From: Candidatus Roizmanbacteria bacterium CG_4_9_14_0_2_um_filter_39_13
GTDB taxonomy: Bacteria; Patescibacteriota; Microgenomatia; UBA1406; GWC2-37-13
Direction of reading: 5' to 3'
Length of the DNA: 34,786 nt
NCBI GenBank assembly: GCA_002788865.1
Contig: PFSC01000156.1
Span: forward strand, 1-34,786
The stretch's first letter is position 1; each line of letters begins with the position of its first letter. Under the pieces are notes generated by a model. The model was given only the letters and a program-made list of their open reading frames with translations, searched no databases and was not told where the DNA came from. Positions 26,160-34,760 of this stretch are shown piece by piece. The position numbers and the translations under genes were made by a program.

Positions 26160-27572
26160 ATGAAAGTTACTCGAGACAAACAAAAAGAAGATCTCAATTT
26201 TGACTACAAATACGGGTTTTCTATGCCTGAAAAATCATTTTACAAGGCAAAAAAAGGTCTTCGAGAAGATGTGGTCCGCATGATCTCCAAGATCAAAAAA
26301 GAGCCAGATTGGATGTTGGAGTTTCGTTTGAAGGCATACAAAATCTTTCTCGAAAAGAACATGCCAAAGTTTGGTCCCAGTCTTGAAAACATAGATTTTG
26401 ACAATATATATTATTACCTCAAGCCGACAGAAAATCAGGCCGATGCTTGGGAAGACCTTCCTGCAGAAATAAAAGAGACCTACGATCGCATTGGAGTTCC
26501 AGAGGCAGAAAAGAAGTTTTTGGCTGGAGTAAGTGCGCAGTATGAATCTGAAGTCGTATACGAGAGCGTAAATAAAGAACTGGCAAAAGAAGGTGTGATT
26601 TTTTGTGACATGGACACAGCTCTTCGTGAACATGAAGATATCGTGAAGGAGTATTTTGGAACCTTGATTCCTGCACATGACAATAAGTTTGCTGCATTAA
26701 ATAGTGCCGTGTGGTCTGGTGGATCGTTTGTATACGTTCCCAAAGGTGTGAAGGTAAAACTCCCCCTTCAAGCATATTTTCGAATTAATGCTGAGCGATT
26801 TGGTCAGTTTGAACGAACCTTGATAATCGCAGAGGAAGGTAGCGATGTACATTATGTCGAGGGTTGTACTGCGCCCATCTATACAAGTGAATCGCTTCAC
26901 GCTGCAGTTGTAGAAATATTTGTAAAAAAAGATGCTCATGTTCGGTATACCACGGTGCAAAATTGGAGCACGAACATTTACAATCTCGTGACGAAGCGAA
27001 CTCATTGTGGTGAAAATGGATTTATGGAATGGATTGATTGCAATATTGGAAGTGGCATAACAATGAAGTATCCAAGTGTATACCTCCATGGAGAAGGCGC
27101 TCGCGGAGAGGTACTTTCGATTGCCTTCGCTGGCAAAGGTCAGATACAAGATGCGGGTGCCAAAATGATGCATTTTGCACCAAATACAAGCTCGCGTATC
27201 GTGTCAAAGTCCATATCAAAAGACGGAGGAAGAACATCGTATCGCGGACTCGTGCAGGTTTCCCCTGGTGCCAAAAACTCAACAGTCTTTGTGTCGTGTG
27301 ATGCTTTGATATTGGACGAAGAATCTCGATCTGATACCTACCCAACGATGAAAATTAAGGAAAATGATGTCGAGATACAACACGAAGCAACGGTCGAAAA
27401 ACTCGGCGATGAGAAATTGTTTTACCTCAGGTCTCGTGGACTAAATCGAGCCGACGCTGAAAGTGCTCTCGTTCTGGGATTTATGGAGCCAGTGACCAAA
27501 AAAATTCCTTTGGAATATTCAATTGAACTAAATAGATTAATTAAGTTAGAGATGGAAGGGAGTGTGGGGTAA
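26160..27572 (+). CDS. sufB: Fe-S cluster assembly protein
   Basis: [51 protein letters not shown] and C-terminal EMEGSVG. Confidence 0.97.
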   Translation: MKVTRDKQKEDLNFDYKYGFSMPEKSFYKAKKGLREDVVRMISKIKKEPDWMLEFRLKAYKIFLEKNMPKFGPSLENIDFDNIYYYLKPTENQADAWEDLPAEIKETYDRIGVPEAEKKFLAGVSAQYESEVVYESVNKELAKEGVIFCDMDTALREHEDIVKEYFGTLIPAHDNKFAALNSAVWSGGSFVYVPKGVKVKLPLQAYFRINAERFGQFERTLIIAEEGSDVHYVEGCTAPIYTSESLHAAVVEIFVKKDAHVRYTTVQNWSTNIYNLVTKRTHCGENGFMEWIDCNIGSGITMKYPSVYLHGEGARGEVLSIAFAGKGQIQDAGAKMMHFAPNTSSRIVSKSISKDGGRTSYRGLVQVSPGAKNSTVFVSCDALILDEESRSDTYPTMKIKENDVEIQHEATVEKLGDEKLFYLRSRGLNRADAESALVLGFMEPVTKKIPLEYSIELNRLIKLEMEGSVG

Positions 27573-27579
27573 TATTATT

Positions 27580-27728
27580 GTCATTCTGAGTAGGAGCGAA
27601 AGCGACGACCGAAGAATCCATGTATTGTCATGCTGAATTTATAGTTCAGCATCTTTGATCGATAGATCCTGAAACAAGTTCAGGATGACAGTGAGATACA
27701 TGGATCCTTCGCTCACGCTCGGGATGAC
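27580..27728. repeat. Nested REP-like element, GTCAT family: outer element with a second complete element at 27627..27689
   Basis: Outer GTCATTCTGAG...GAAGAATCCATGTAT / ATACATGGATCCTTCG...CTCGGGATGAC. Inner GTCATGCTGAA...TTCAGCATCT...AGATCCTGAAACAAGTTCAGGATGAC. Confidence 0.9.
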
Positions 27729-27743
27729 AAAGAATAAATATAT

Positions 27744-28316
27744 ATGATATTTACAAACCTCAACAAAACCAAACAAGATCACATGACCTTTGATAAAAAG
27801 GGAGAAACCTATGTGGTCTTTTTTCACAATATTTCTGGGAAATTAACCTTTGATATTACCGCTCCAAACATTGAGCTGTACATATATGGATTATTTACCG
27901 GCAAAAATTCTGATGAATTTCATATTGAAACTATTCAAAGACATACTGCTCCAGGATCGATTTCTGACCTTTTTATAAAAGGAGTATTTCAAGATACGTC
28001 CAAATTCATTTACCAAGGACTCATTCGACTGGAAAAAGACGCACAACAATCTCATTCCTATCAAAAAAATCAAAACCTCATCTTGTCTCCTGGAGTATTT
28101 GTGGATTCTCGACCGTATCTGGAAATTTTGGCTAATGATGTATTTTGTACTCACGGATCGACCACTGGTAAGCTGAGTGCCGATCAACTACTATATGCTC
28201 AAACCAGAGGCTTGGATAACGATACTGCCCGAGACATGCTCGTGCAAGGATTTATCGATGAAGTCTACGATAGAGTGAAAGCCAAGGTTCCCACATTTGA
28301 GCCTCTTAAACAGTAA
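27744..28316 (+). CDS. sufD: Short SufD-family protein (C-terminal SufBD core only)
   Basis: KGV...SKFIYQGLI, A.Q....Q.N.NL.L, P.LEILANDVFCTHGST.G and Y...RGL...A....V.GF. Confidence 0.85.
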   Translation: MIFTNLNKTKQDHMTFDKKGETYVVFFHNISGKLTFDITAPNIELYIYGLFTGKNSDEFHIETIQRHTAPGSISDLFIKGVFQDTSKFIYQGLIRLEKDAQQSHSYQKNQNLILSPGVFVDSRPYLEILANDVFCTHGSTTGKLSADQLLYAQTRGLDNDTARDMLVQGFIDEVYDRVKAKVPTFEPLKQ

Positions 28317-29355
28317 CATCATTCAAAGAAAGTCTCGCTACTCTATCTATCTCAGATACGTCCGATACATACAAACCTCGCTCCGCTTTGATTGCTCCAA
28401 CTAACCCGATCATTGCAGCATTATCAAAGTTCAGGTATTTGTATGGCGGAAACCATACCTGACCATCTTGTTCATGAATCATTTTTCGAAGTAAATATCG
28501 AAGTCTCTGATTCACTGCAACTCCTCCACCAACCAAAACTCTATGAATGCCAGTGTGTGCAATTGCTTTCAGTGTTTTTCGGACAATGGTAGCAAAGACC
28601 GCCTCCTGAAATGAGCTTGCAAGAGGTGCTATATGAGCGATTCTGTCTTCTTCGGATAGCGATTGAGTAAAGTATAAAAATGATGTTTTGAGTCCTGAAA
28701 ATGAAAAGTCAAAATTGTGTGATCCGATCATCGGTCGAGGAAATTTGTATTGATCTACATTCTCAACTTGAGACGCCAACCTTTCAAGCACTGGACCGCC
28801 GGGATATCCAAAACCGAGCATTCGCGCAGCTTTATCAAGTGCTTCACCTGCAGCATCATCACGCGTCTCACCAAGTATCTCGTACATTAAATGATCCTTA
28901 AACAGCACGAGCTCGGTATGCCCACCAGAAACAAGAAGTCCGATATAGGGAAATTTGAAATCAGTTTTTGGATTTCCTTTACTGTTTTGGACGAAGGGGG
29001 AATAAAGATGCCCTTCTATGTGATTTACGGCAATGATTGGTTTTTTGATTGATTGAGATATTTTTTTGGCTTTTTTGATACCGACTTCAAGGGCTATTGC
29101 AAGTCCCGGACCATAGGTTACCGCCATAGCATCGCAATTCGTAATTAGTAATTGAGCATTCTTCATTGCCTTCTCGATTACCCAATCAATCCGTTCTTCA
29201 TGTGCTCGACGAGCAATTGAAGGGACTACTCCCCCCCATTTTGTATGCATCGCAATTTGTGAATATTCGACATGCGAAAGGACTCGCCGACCGCAAACAA
29301 CGGCAGCCGATGTCTCGTCACATGATGTGTCAATTGCAAGAATTGTTATATTCAT
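28306..29355 (-). CDS. tsaD: tRNA N6-adenosine threonylcarbamoyltransferase
   Basis: AIDTSCDETS, GGVVP, VTYGPGL, NHIEGH, VSGGHT, DDAAGEA.DK, GYPGGP, FSFSGLK and DNAAMI. Overlaps sufD convergently by 11 bp. Confidence 0.95.
   Translation of the reverse strand: MNITILAIDTSCDETSAAVVCGRRVLSHVEYSQIAMHTKWGGVVPSIARRAHEERIDWVIEKAMKNAQLLITNCDAMAVTYGPGLAIALEVGIKKAKKISQSIKKPIIAVNHIEGHLYSPFVQNSKGNPKTDFKFPYIGLLVSGGHTELVLFKDHLMYEILGETRDDAAGEALDKAARMLGFGYPGGPVLERLASQVENVDQYKFPRPMIGSHNFDFSFSGLKTSFLYFTQSLSEEDRIAHIAPLASSFQEAVFATIVRKTLKAIAHTGIHRVLVGGGVAVNQRLRYLLRKMIHEQDGQVWFPPYKYLNFDNAAMIGLVGAIKAERGLYVSDVSEIDRVARLSLNDVTV
29134..29154. repeat. Degenerate 7-bp tandem array inside a CDS
   Basis: GCAATTC GTAATTA GTAATTG (plus strand), encoding QLLITNC in TsaD. 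Only three units. Confidence 0.55.
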
Positions 29356-29368
29356 AATAAATTCTCAT

Positions 29369-29551
29369 GTCATCCTGATCCCGACTTTACCTTGGGAGAA
29401 GGATCCATGCATTGTCATCCCACACTTACCTGCTCGCCCCCGCCTGCAACGCTACTATGCGTAGCATTTGCGGGCAGGTCTGGAGAGTGATTTAGGATCC
29501 AGAAAATACATGGATTCTTCGGTCGTCGCTTTCGCTCTTACTCAGAATGAT
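29369..29551. repeat. Multiply nested REP-like element, GTCAT family
   Basis: Outer arms GTCATCCTGATCCCG...GGGAGAAGGATCCATG and CATGGATTCTTCGGTCG...CTCAGAATGA. A partial inner GTCATCCC...GGATCCAG element itself contains CCTGC...GCAGG and GCTAC...GTAGC hairpins. Confidence 0.85.
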
Positions 29552-29557
29552 AAATAA

Positions 29558-30655
29558 CTAACTTCTAATTGTTATCTTTCTTTCATTTTCATTCAGGTGT
29601 TCAATATTCACATGAACCACATTCGCTTTCTTACTAAACCGCTCATACATTTTTCCCAACTTTTCTCCCCACTCCACAACCATGATATTTCCTGGTTTAA
29701 GATACGATTCAAGACCTAGGTGTTCAAACTCCGCTTCTTCTTGAATATTGTATAAATCAACATGTATAAATTTCTTAGTTTGAAATTTGGATTTTGAATT
29801 TTGAAATTTCAAAATGTCATATTCATAATAAACCACATACGTAGGTGAGACAATTTTTTGTATTCCAAGATACTGAGCTATCCCTCGTGTCATTTCTGTT
29901 TTTCCTGATCCCAAGTCTCCCTTCAATACAATGACAATTGGTTTCTGATTCTTTTTTGCAATAATTTTTTTGATTATTGATTCTCCAATTTTTCGAGTTT
30001 CCTCAGAAGTTTGAGACGTCAGCTTTTCTATTTTCGCATTTGTAACTATGATGTCGCCTTCTCGAAGAATTTTCAAAGTGCTTTGGGTAAGATCAATCAC
30101 CGTTGACGGTTTGTTGAGAGGGAGCTTTCCCGCATCGACAATAAGATCTATCTGCTCATATTTGGATGTAGGAAGTTGATTTGTGAGAGATTCAATCGAA
30201 TAGTGTGGACTTTTCCCACCAAGGTTTGCAGATGTGGCGGTAATAGGAGAACCATATATTCGGGCGAGGCTCAAAAGTGGAAAATAATTGGGAATCCTCA
30301 TGCCAACTGTTCCATTTTCTGCTTCAAGTTCTTTTTGTACCGTATGTTTCGATGACAATACCATTGTAAATGGTCCTGGAAGCAGATCCGAGAGCATGAG
30401 TTTTTGTGTATGATTTATACACGCATGTCGCTCGCATTCGGCAATATCCGAAACAAAAATCGAAACTGCTTTTCCAGGAGCTCTATTTTTGAATGCAATT
30501 AATTTTTGGACAGCTTTTTCATTTGTCGCATCAACCAAAAGTCCATAAACGGTATCTGATGGAAATACCACAAGACCTCCACCTCGTAGTATTTTCGCAA
30601 CCGTCTCAATAACGTCGTTAGTATTTTTGGGTAAAAGTTTAATTATGCCTGTCAT
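29558..30655 (-). CDS. tsaC-tsaE: Fusion of threonylcarbamoyl-AMP synthase (TsaC/YrdC) and ATPase TsaE
   Basis: N-terminal half: VVFPSDTVYGL, K.R...K, LPGPFT, GMRIP, TATSAN, PSTVID. C-terminal half: LKGDLGSGKT, SPTY, HVDLY, VVEW, ERKI. One continuous frame. Confidence 0.92.
   Translation of the reverse strand: MTGIIKLLPKNTNDVIETVAKILRGGGLVVFPSDTVYGLLVDATNEKAVQKLIAFKNRAPGKAVSIFVSDIAECERHACINHTQKLMLSDLLPGPFTMVLSSKHTVQKELEAENGTVGMRIPNYFPLLSLARIYGSPITATSANLGGKSPHYSIESLTNQLPTSKYEQIDLIVDAGKLPLNKPSTVIDLTQSTLKILREGDIIVTNAKIEKLTSQTSEETRKIGESIIKKIIAKKNQKPIVIVLKGDLGSGKTEMTRGIAQYLGIQKIVSPTYVVYYEYDILKFQNSKSKFQTKKFIHVDLYNIQEEAEFEHLGLESYLKPGNIMVVEWGEKLGKMYERFSKKANVVHVNIEHLNENERKITIRS
29776..29810. repeat. 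Degenerate 7-bp tandem array inside a CDS
   Basis: TAGTTTG AAATTTG GATTTTG AATTTTG AAATTTC (plus strand), encoding KFQNSKSKFQT in the TsaE loop between the SPTY...EY and HVDLY motifs. Confidence 0.82.
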
Positions 30656-30716
30656 AGAAAGCTCACATTATACTGAATAAGGGTCTCTAGAACAAACTTT
30701 CAATACTTAAATGACA

Positions 30717-30741
30717 CTCCCCGACCCAAGGGTCAAGGTAT
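30717..30741. repeat. Short imperfect hairpin (CCCCG...GG.AT type)
   Basis: CTCCCCGACCC-AA-GGGTCAAGGTAT, similar in layout to 15798..15823. Confidence 0.45.
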
Positions 30742-30746
30742 CTTGT

Positions 30747-30837
30747 GTCATCCCCGACCTGATCCCCGTTTTCACGGGGACGGATCCAGATCATTGTAAT
30801 AATCTAAAAACTGGATTCCTGCCTTCGCAGGAATGAC
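30747..30837. repeat. REP-like bipartite palindrome, GTCAT family
   Basis: GTCATCCCCG...TCCCCGTTTTCACGGGGA..GGATCCAG...CTGGATTCCTGCCTTCGCAGGAATGAC. Confidence 0.85.
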
Positions 30838-30901
30838 AAACTGTGTCAAGAACCCTGAACTCTTTCAATCTTTTTAACACCCTGATTTTCCCCACATGAT
30901 A

Positions 30902-30910
30902 TGTTAGAAT
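30902..30910 (+). promoter_or_regulatory. Extended -10 box of ftsH
   Basis: TGTTAGAAT ending 7 nt before the ATG, with no Shine-Dalgarno sequence. Confidence 0.55.
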
Positions 30911-30917
30911 AAGCTGT

Positions 30918-32783
30918 ATGAAAAAAGAGAGTCTAAAAAATAATAAAAATAAGAAAATTAAGGAGTTTCGCATAAACTTCGATATTAAAACAGTCTTTGT
31001 CTTTATTTTTGCAACATTTTTTCTTTACACGCTATTTGAACCTGCTATCAGCGAGTCGATGAATAATTCTGACGAAGTTCCTTTGACCAAAATTCTTCAG
31101 GATATAAAGACAAATAAAGTAAAGAGCGTACTTGTAGAAGACAATAAAGTGACCGCCACATACAAAAATGATAAAAAGCTCATCACTCGAAAAGAAGCTC
31201 GAGATAGTTTTCGACAAATCCTAAACGATAATGAAATTCCACTCGATCAGGTTGCAATTGAGACAAAAGACTCTACTCTTACTGTAGAAATTCTTCGCGT
31301 AGCGGGAAGTATCATTCCAGCGATCTTACTGTTTGCCTTTTTCTGGTTTGTCATGCGACAGGCCCGCGGAGCCCAAGATTCAGTATTTTCTTTTGGACAA
31401 TCCAAAGCCAAGCGATTTATAAAACAAAAATCAAACACCACATTCAAAGACGTTGCAGGTGTGGAAGAAGCGAAAAAAGAACTTGAAGAGATCGTAGATT
31501 TTCTTAAAAACCCTGAAAAATATCGCAAGCTCGGCGCCCGAGCTCCAAAAGGCGTCATGCTCGTAGGGCCTGCAGGAACAGGGAAAACTCTGCTTGCAAA
31601 AGCTACCGCAGGCGAAGCAAGTGTCCCATTTTACTCAATCGCAGGATCTGAGTTTATGGAAATGCTTGTTGGGATCGGTGCAGCACGTGTCAGGGACCTC
31701 TTTAATACCGCAAAAAAAACTTCTCCATCAATCATATTTATCGATGAGATCGACGCGATAGGAAGGGCACGATCACGAGGAGTCATGTCGTCACACGATG
31801 AGCGAGAACAGACGCTCAATCAAATTCTTGTTGAGATGGATGGATTCACTCCAAGTGAGCAAGTTATCGTGGTCGCTGCGACAAATCGTGGAGATCTTCT
31901 TGATCCAGCACTTCTTCGACCAGGTCGATTTGATCGAAGAATTATGGTTGACTACCCAGATGTAGAAGGTCGAGAAGCGATCATCAAAATCCATTCGCGA
32001 AACAAACCATTTGATAAAAATGTTCGCTGGGATCGAGTTGCAAAGCGGACAGTTGGCTACTCTGGAGCAGATATTGAAAATATGATGAACGAAGCAGCAA
32101 TCAGTGCGGCTCGAAACAATAAGCCAGCAATCTCTATGGAAAACATCGAAGATGCCGCTACAAAAGTCAAGCTTGGACCTGAGAAGAAGCGACTACAAAC
32201 AGAGCTCGATCGTAAGATTACTGCATATCATGAAGCTGGACATGCCGTTGTTTCTCATTTTCAAAAATTGACAGACCCTGTCCATCGAATCTCGATTGTC
32301 TCACGAGGTATGGCGCTTGGGTATACTCTCATTCCACCAGGAAAGGATCAGCTTCATACCTCTTTCTCCCAACTACTTGAACGACTCGCGGTCATCATGG
32401 GTGGACGCGCAGCAGAAGAGACGGTCTTCAAAGAAATAACAACAGGAGCATCAAATGATTTTGATCAGGCGACAAACATCGCGCGGCGTATGGTCACTGA
32501 TTTTGGTATGAGCTCTCTTGGACCGGTCAATTTTGGACCTACTCAAGACATCACAGAATGGGGATCAGAGTTTTGGGAACAGAATAATATTTCTCAAGAA
32601 ATGATGGCAAAAATCGATCATGAGATCAATAGAATCCTGACTCAAGCATATGAAAAAGCTGTTCAGATTGTCAAAAAGAATCGAAAAGCACTCGACAAAG
32701 TCGCAGCTAATCTTATGGAACATGAAAGTATGAACCAGGATCACTTTGAAAAAATTGTCGGGATAAAAAAGATCAACAAGTAA
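30918..32783 (+). CDS. ftsH: ATP-dependent zinc metalloprotease
   Basis: Two transmembrane helices, Walker [35 protein letters not shown] and GASND. Confidence 0.97.
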   Translation: MKKESLKNNKNKKIKEFRINFDIKTVFVFIFATFFLYTLFEPAISESMNNSDEVPLTKILQDIKTNKVKSVLVEDNKVTATYKNDKKLITRKEARDSFRQILNDNEIPLDQVAIETKDSTLTVEILRVAGSIIPAILLFAFFWFVMRQARGAQDSVFSFGQSKAKRFIKQKSNTTFKDVAGVEEAKKELEEIVDFLKNPEKYRKLGARAPKGVMLVGPAGTGKTLLAKATAGEASVPFYSIAGSEFMEMLVGIGAARVRDLFNTAKKTSPSIIFIDEIDAIGRARSRGVMSSHDEREQTLNQILVEMDGFTPSEQVIVVAATNRGDLLDPALLRPGRFDRRIMVDYPDVEGREAIIKIHSRNKPFDKNVRWDRVAKRTVGYSGADIENMMNEAAISAARNNKPAISMENIEDAATKVKLGPEKKRLQTELDRKITAYHEAGHAVVSHFQKLTDPVHRISIVSRGMALGYTLIPPGKDQLHTSFSQLLERLAVIMGGRAAEETVFKEITTGASNDFDQATNIARRMVTDFGMSSLGPVNFGPTQDITEWGSEFWEQNNISQEMMAKIDHEINRILTQAYEKAVQIVKKNRKALDKVAANLMEHESMNQDHFEKIVGIKKINK

Positions 32784-32820
32784 CTTCATACCTCTGTCTT
32801 CCATCCTGTATACTTTGCTC

Positions 32821-33753
32821 ATGAAAACACTTCTGCTTATTGACGGCCATGCGATGATTCATCGTGCTTTTCATGCGCTTCCCATGACAATGACCACAAA
32901 AGCTGGAGAGCCAACTGGTGCAATCTATGGGTTTTTTCTCATGTTTCACAAAGTTCTGGCCGACTTCAAACCGACCCATTTGGCGGTAGCTTTTGACACA
33001 CCAAAACCAACCTTTCGGAAAAAACTCTACAAAGGATATCAAGCCAAACGCCCCCCAATGGATCCAACTCTCAAAGCACAAATTCCTCAGATCAAAACGT
33101 TACTTGACGCTGGAGGAATTCAGCGTATTGAGCGTTCGGGATTTGAGGCAGATGATGTGATTGGCACCCTAGTCGAGCAAAATAAGAAAAACTTCGAACG
33201 CGTACTCATTTTGACTGGTGACAGAGATTTACTGCAACTCACTGACACAAATGTATTTTTGATTGCACCAAAAATGGGAGTCACAAACTTTGATCTCTAC
33301 ACCCCATATGAAGTTGAAAAAAAATATGGCGTGACACCTGAACATTTTCCTGATTATAAAGCACTTGCAGGAGACTCATCAGATAACTACAATACCGCCC
33401 GTGGTATTGGTCCCAAAACAACACGGATGCTTCTTTCCGATCATCCAACAATCGAAGATTTGCTGACAAACATTGATACGGTAACGAATCCCAGGTGGCG
33501 TACAATTTTGACTGAAAATAAAGACAGGATAATTCTTTTCAAAAAGATAGCTACAATTCTGCGCAGTTTAGACATCGATACCACAGAACAACAGCTTGAA
33601 TTCAATGGATATCAAGATGATTTGCAAGAAAGCCTCAAAAAATTTGAGCTTTTTGCACTTTCAAATAAATTGTTTCCAACGCCATCTACTACAAAGAAAA
33701 CAGAACCATCAATGAAGAAAAAGCTCATTCCCGAACAAATAAACCTATTCTAA
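32821..33753 (+). CDS. Stand-alone 5'-3' exonuclease/flap endonuclease (PolA N-terminal domain)
   Basis: LLIDGHAMIHRAFHA, VAFD, YQAKR, GFEADDVIGTL, TGDRDLLQL and ALAGDSSDN...GIGPKT. No polymerase domain. ATG 32821 lies 6 nt after TATACT. Confidence 0.92.
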   Translation: MKTLLLIDGHAMIHRAFHALPMTMTTKAGEPTGAIYGFFLMFHKVLADFKPTHLAVAFDTPKPTFRKKLYKGYQAKRPPMDPTLKAQIPQIKTLLDAGGIQRIERSGFEADDVIGTLVEQNKKNFERVLILTGDRDLLQLTDTNVFLIAPKMGVTNFDLYTPYEVEKKYGVTPEHFPDYKALAGDSSDNYNTARGIGPKTTRMLLSDHPTIEDLLTNIDTVTNPRWRTILTENKDRIILFKKIATILRSLDIDTTEQQLEFNGYQDDLQESLKKFELFALSNKLFPTPSTTKKTEPSMKKKLIPEQINLF

Positions 33754-33793
33754 ATTGAAAAATTAGAAATTAGAAATTAGAAATTAGAAATTT
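33752..33793. repeat. 7-bp tandem array (AAATTAG)4 plus degenerate flanking units, intergenic
   Basis: AAATTGA A AAATTAG AAATTAG AAATTAG AAATTAG AAATTT. Confidence 0.92.
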
Positions 33794-33801
33794 ATTCAAG
33801 C

Positions 33802-34191
33802 ATGTCCCCCGATACCCAACAAAATATATTCTATACAGCATATTTTATTATTACTCACAACGCACTCGCTTTCGTATATAGTGCTGGGATACTATTTGTG
33901 ACTACACATATGTTGTGGCGACCGAAACGAGGAAAAGTCCTCATTCTTTGGGGATTGATCATACTGCTTTTTGCATTTGAATACAGCAAGCATATTCTTG
34001 AGCCCTTGCGCCAACAGACCATTCAGTCTCTGATCACCGAACGTGAAAGTGTGCGTATTGAGTTTTATATCAATAAATTTCTGACAAAAATTGTTCCATT
34101 TGGACTCCCGATTTTTGGTTGGTTTCTGATAGGTATCGGGTTTTATTTTGATACACTTTTCTCAAAAGTAAGAAAATTCATAATTAAGTGA
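33802..34191 (+). CDS. Hypothetical membrane protein (about 3 transmembrane segments)
   Basis: 129-aa ORF with three hydrophobic segments, co-oriented with its neighbours. Confidence 0.7.
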   Translation: MSPDTQQNIFYTAYFIITHNALAFVYSAGILFVTTHMLWRPKRGKVLILWGLIILLFAFEYSKHILEPLRQQTIQSLITERESVRIEFYINKFLTKIVPFGLPIFGWFLIGIGFYFDTLFSKVRKFIIK

Positions 34192-34210
34192 ATTACTATT
34201 TAATATACTT

Positions 34211-34552
34211 ATGGATATAAAAACATTACAGCTTCGTGCAGAAAAGTCTATTCTCAGAAGCAATTTAGATTTTAAACTCAATACAACCCGTGAAAAAGCA
34301 ATTCTCGCGCATACCGTCAAGCTCAATGAAGAGATGGGAGAACTCTGCAACGATATATTATCTATCCTCAAACTTCAGAGAGCTTCGAAGCTTGAAAACT
34401 TTGAAAAATCAAATATGTATGCAGAGTTTGCGGACGTACTCATCACAGTCCTTCAACTTGCTTCCATTGCACAAGTAGATATGGAGCGAGCAATACGAGA
34501 TAAGATGAAAAAGATCGAAACAAGAAAGAAAAAGGAAAAAAAAGAAGACTAA
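34211..34552 (+). CDS. MazG-like nucleotide pyrophosphohydrolase
   Basis: KLNEEMGEL...EFADVL (EExxE...ExxD) and A....DME.A...KM.K motifs. Confidence 0.85.
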   Translation: MDIKTLQLRAEKSILRSNLDFKLNTTREKAILAHTVKLNEEMGELCNDILSILKLQRASKLENFEKSNMYAEFADVLITVLQLASIAQVDMERAIRDKMKKIETRKKKEKKED

Positions 34553-34603
34553 TTACTATTCCATTATGATACTCTCAGACGCAGAGCATATGGGTATCTC
34601 GTT

Positions 34604-34666
34604 GTTATTCTGAGCGTAGCGAAGAATCCATGGACCCTTCTCCCACCAAGGCGGGATCAGGATGAC
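34604..34666. repeat. REP-like bipartite palindrome, GTCAT family (no central spacer)
   Basis: GTTATTCTGAGCGTAGCGAAGAATCCATGGACCCTTCTCCCACCAAGGCGGGATCAGGATGAC. The right arm resembles the reverse complement of the left arm of 29369..29551. Confidence 0.85.
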
Positions 34667-34760
34667 ATGTTCGATGGAAAGCGACGGGGAATTAGACTTA
34701 GTATGGGATTGGATACATAATAAATTTGAAGGTAAGAGTTCACTCTTCTTGACACACGTT

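Noticed and set aside
27639..27827. Short ORFs over palindromic elements (also 1052..1330, 22497..22724, 22525..22707, 24000..24239, 30791..30973, 34556..34765)
   Set aside because: They translate repeat sequence (VIPSVSEGS, VILNLFQD, CHSCEGRNP, WILRYAQN) or shadow real genes, so they were treated as spurious.
27580..29551. Repeats read as a CRISPR array or as integron attC sites
   Set aside because: There is no regular repeat-spacer period, no cas or integrase gene, and no RYYYAAC/GTTRRRY ends. They are dispersed intergenic palindromes.
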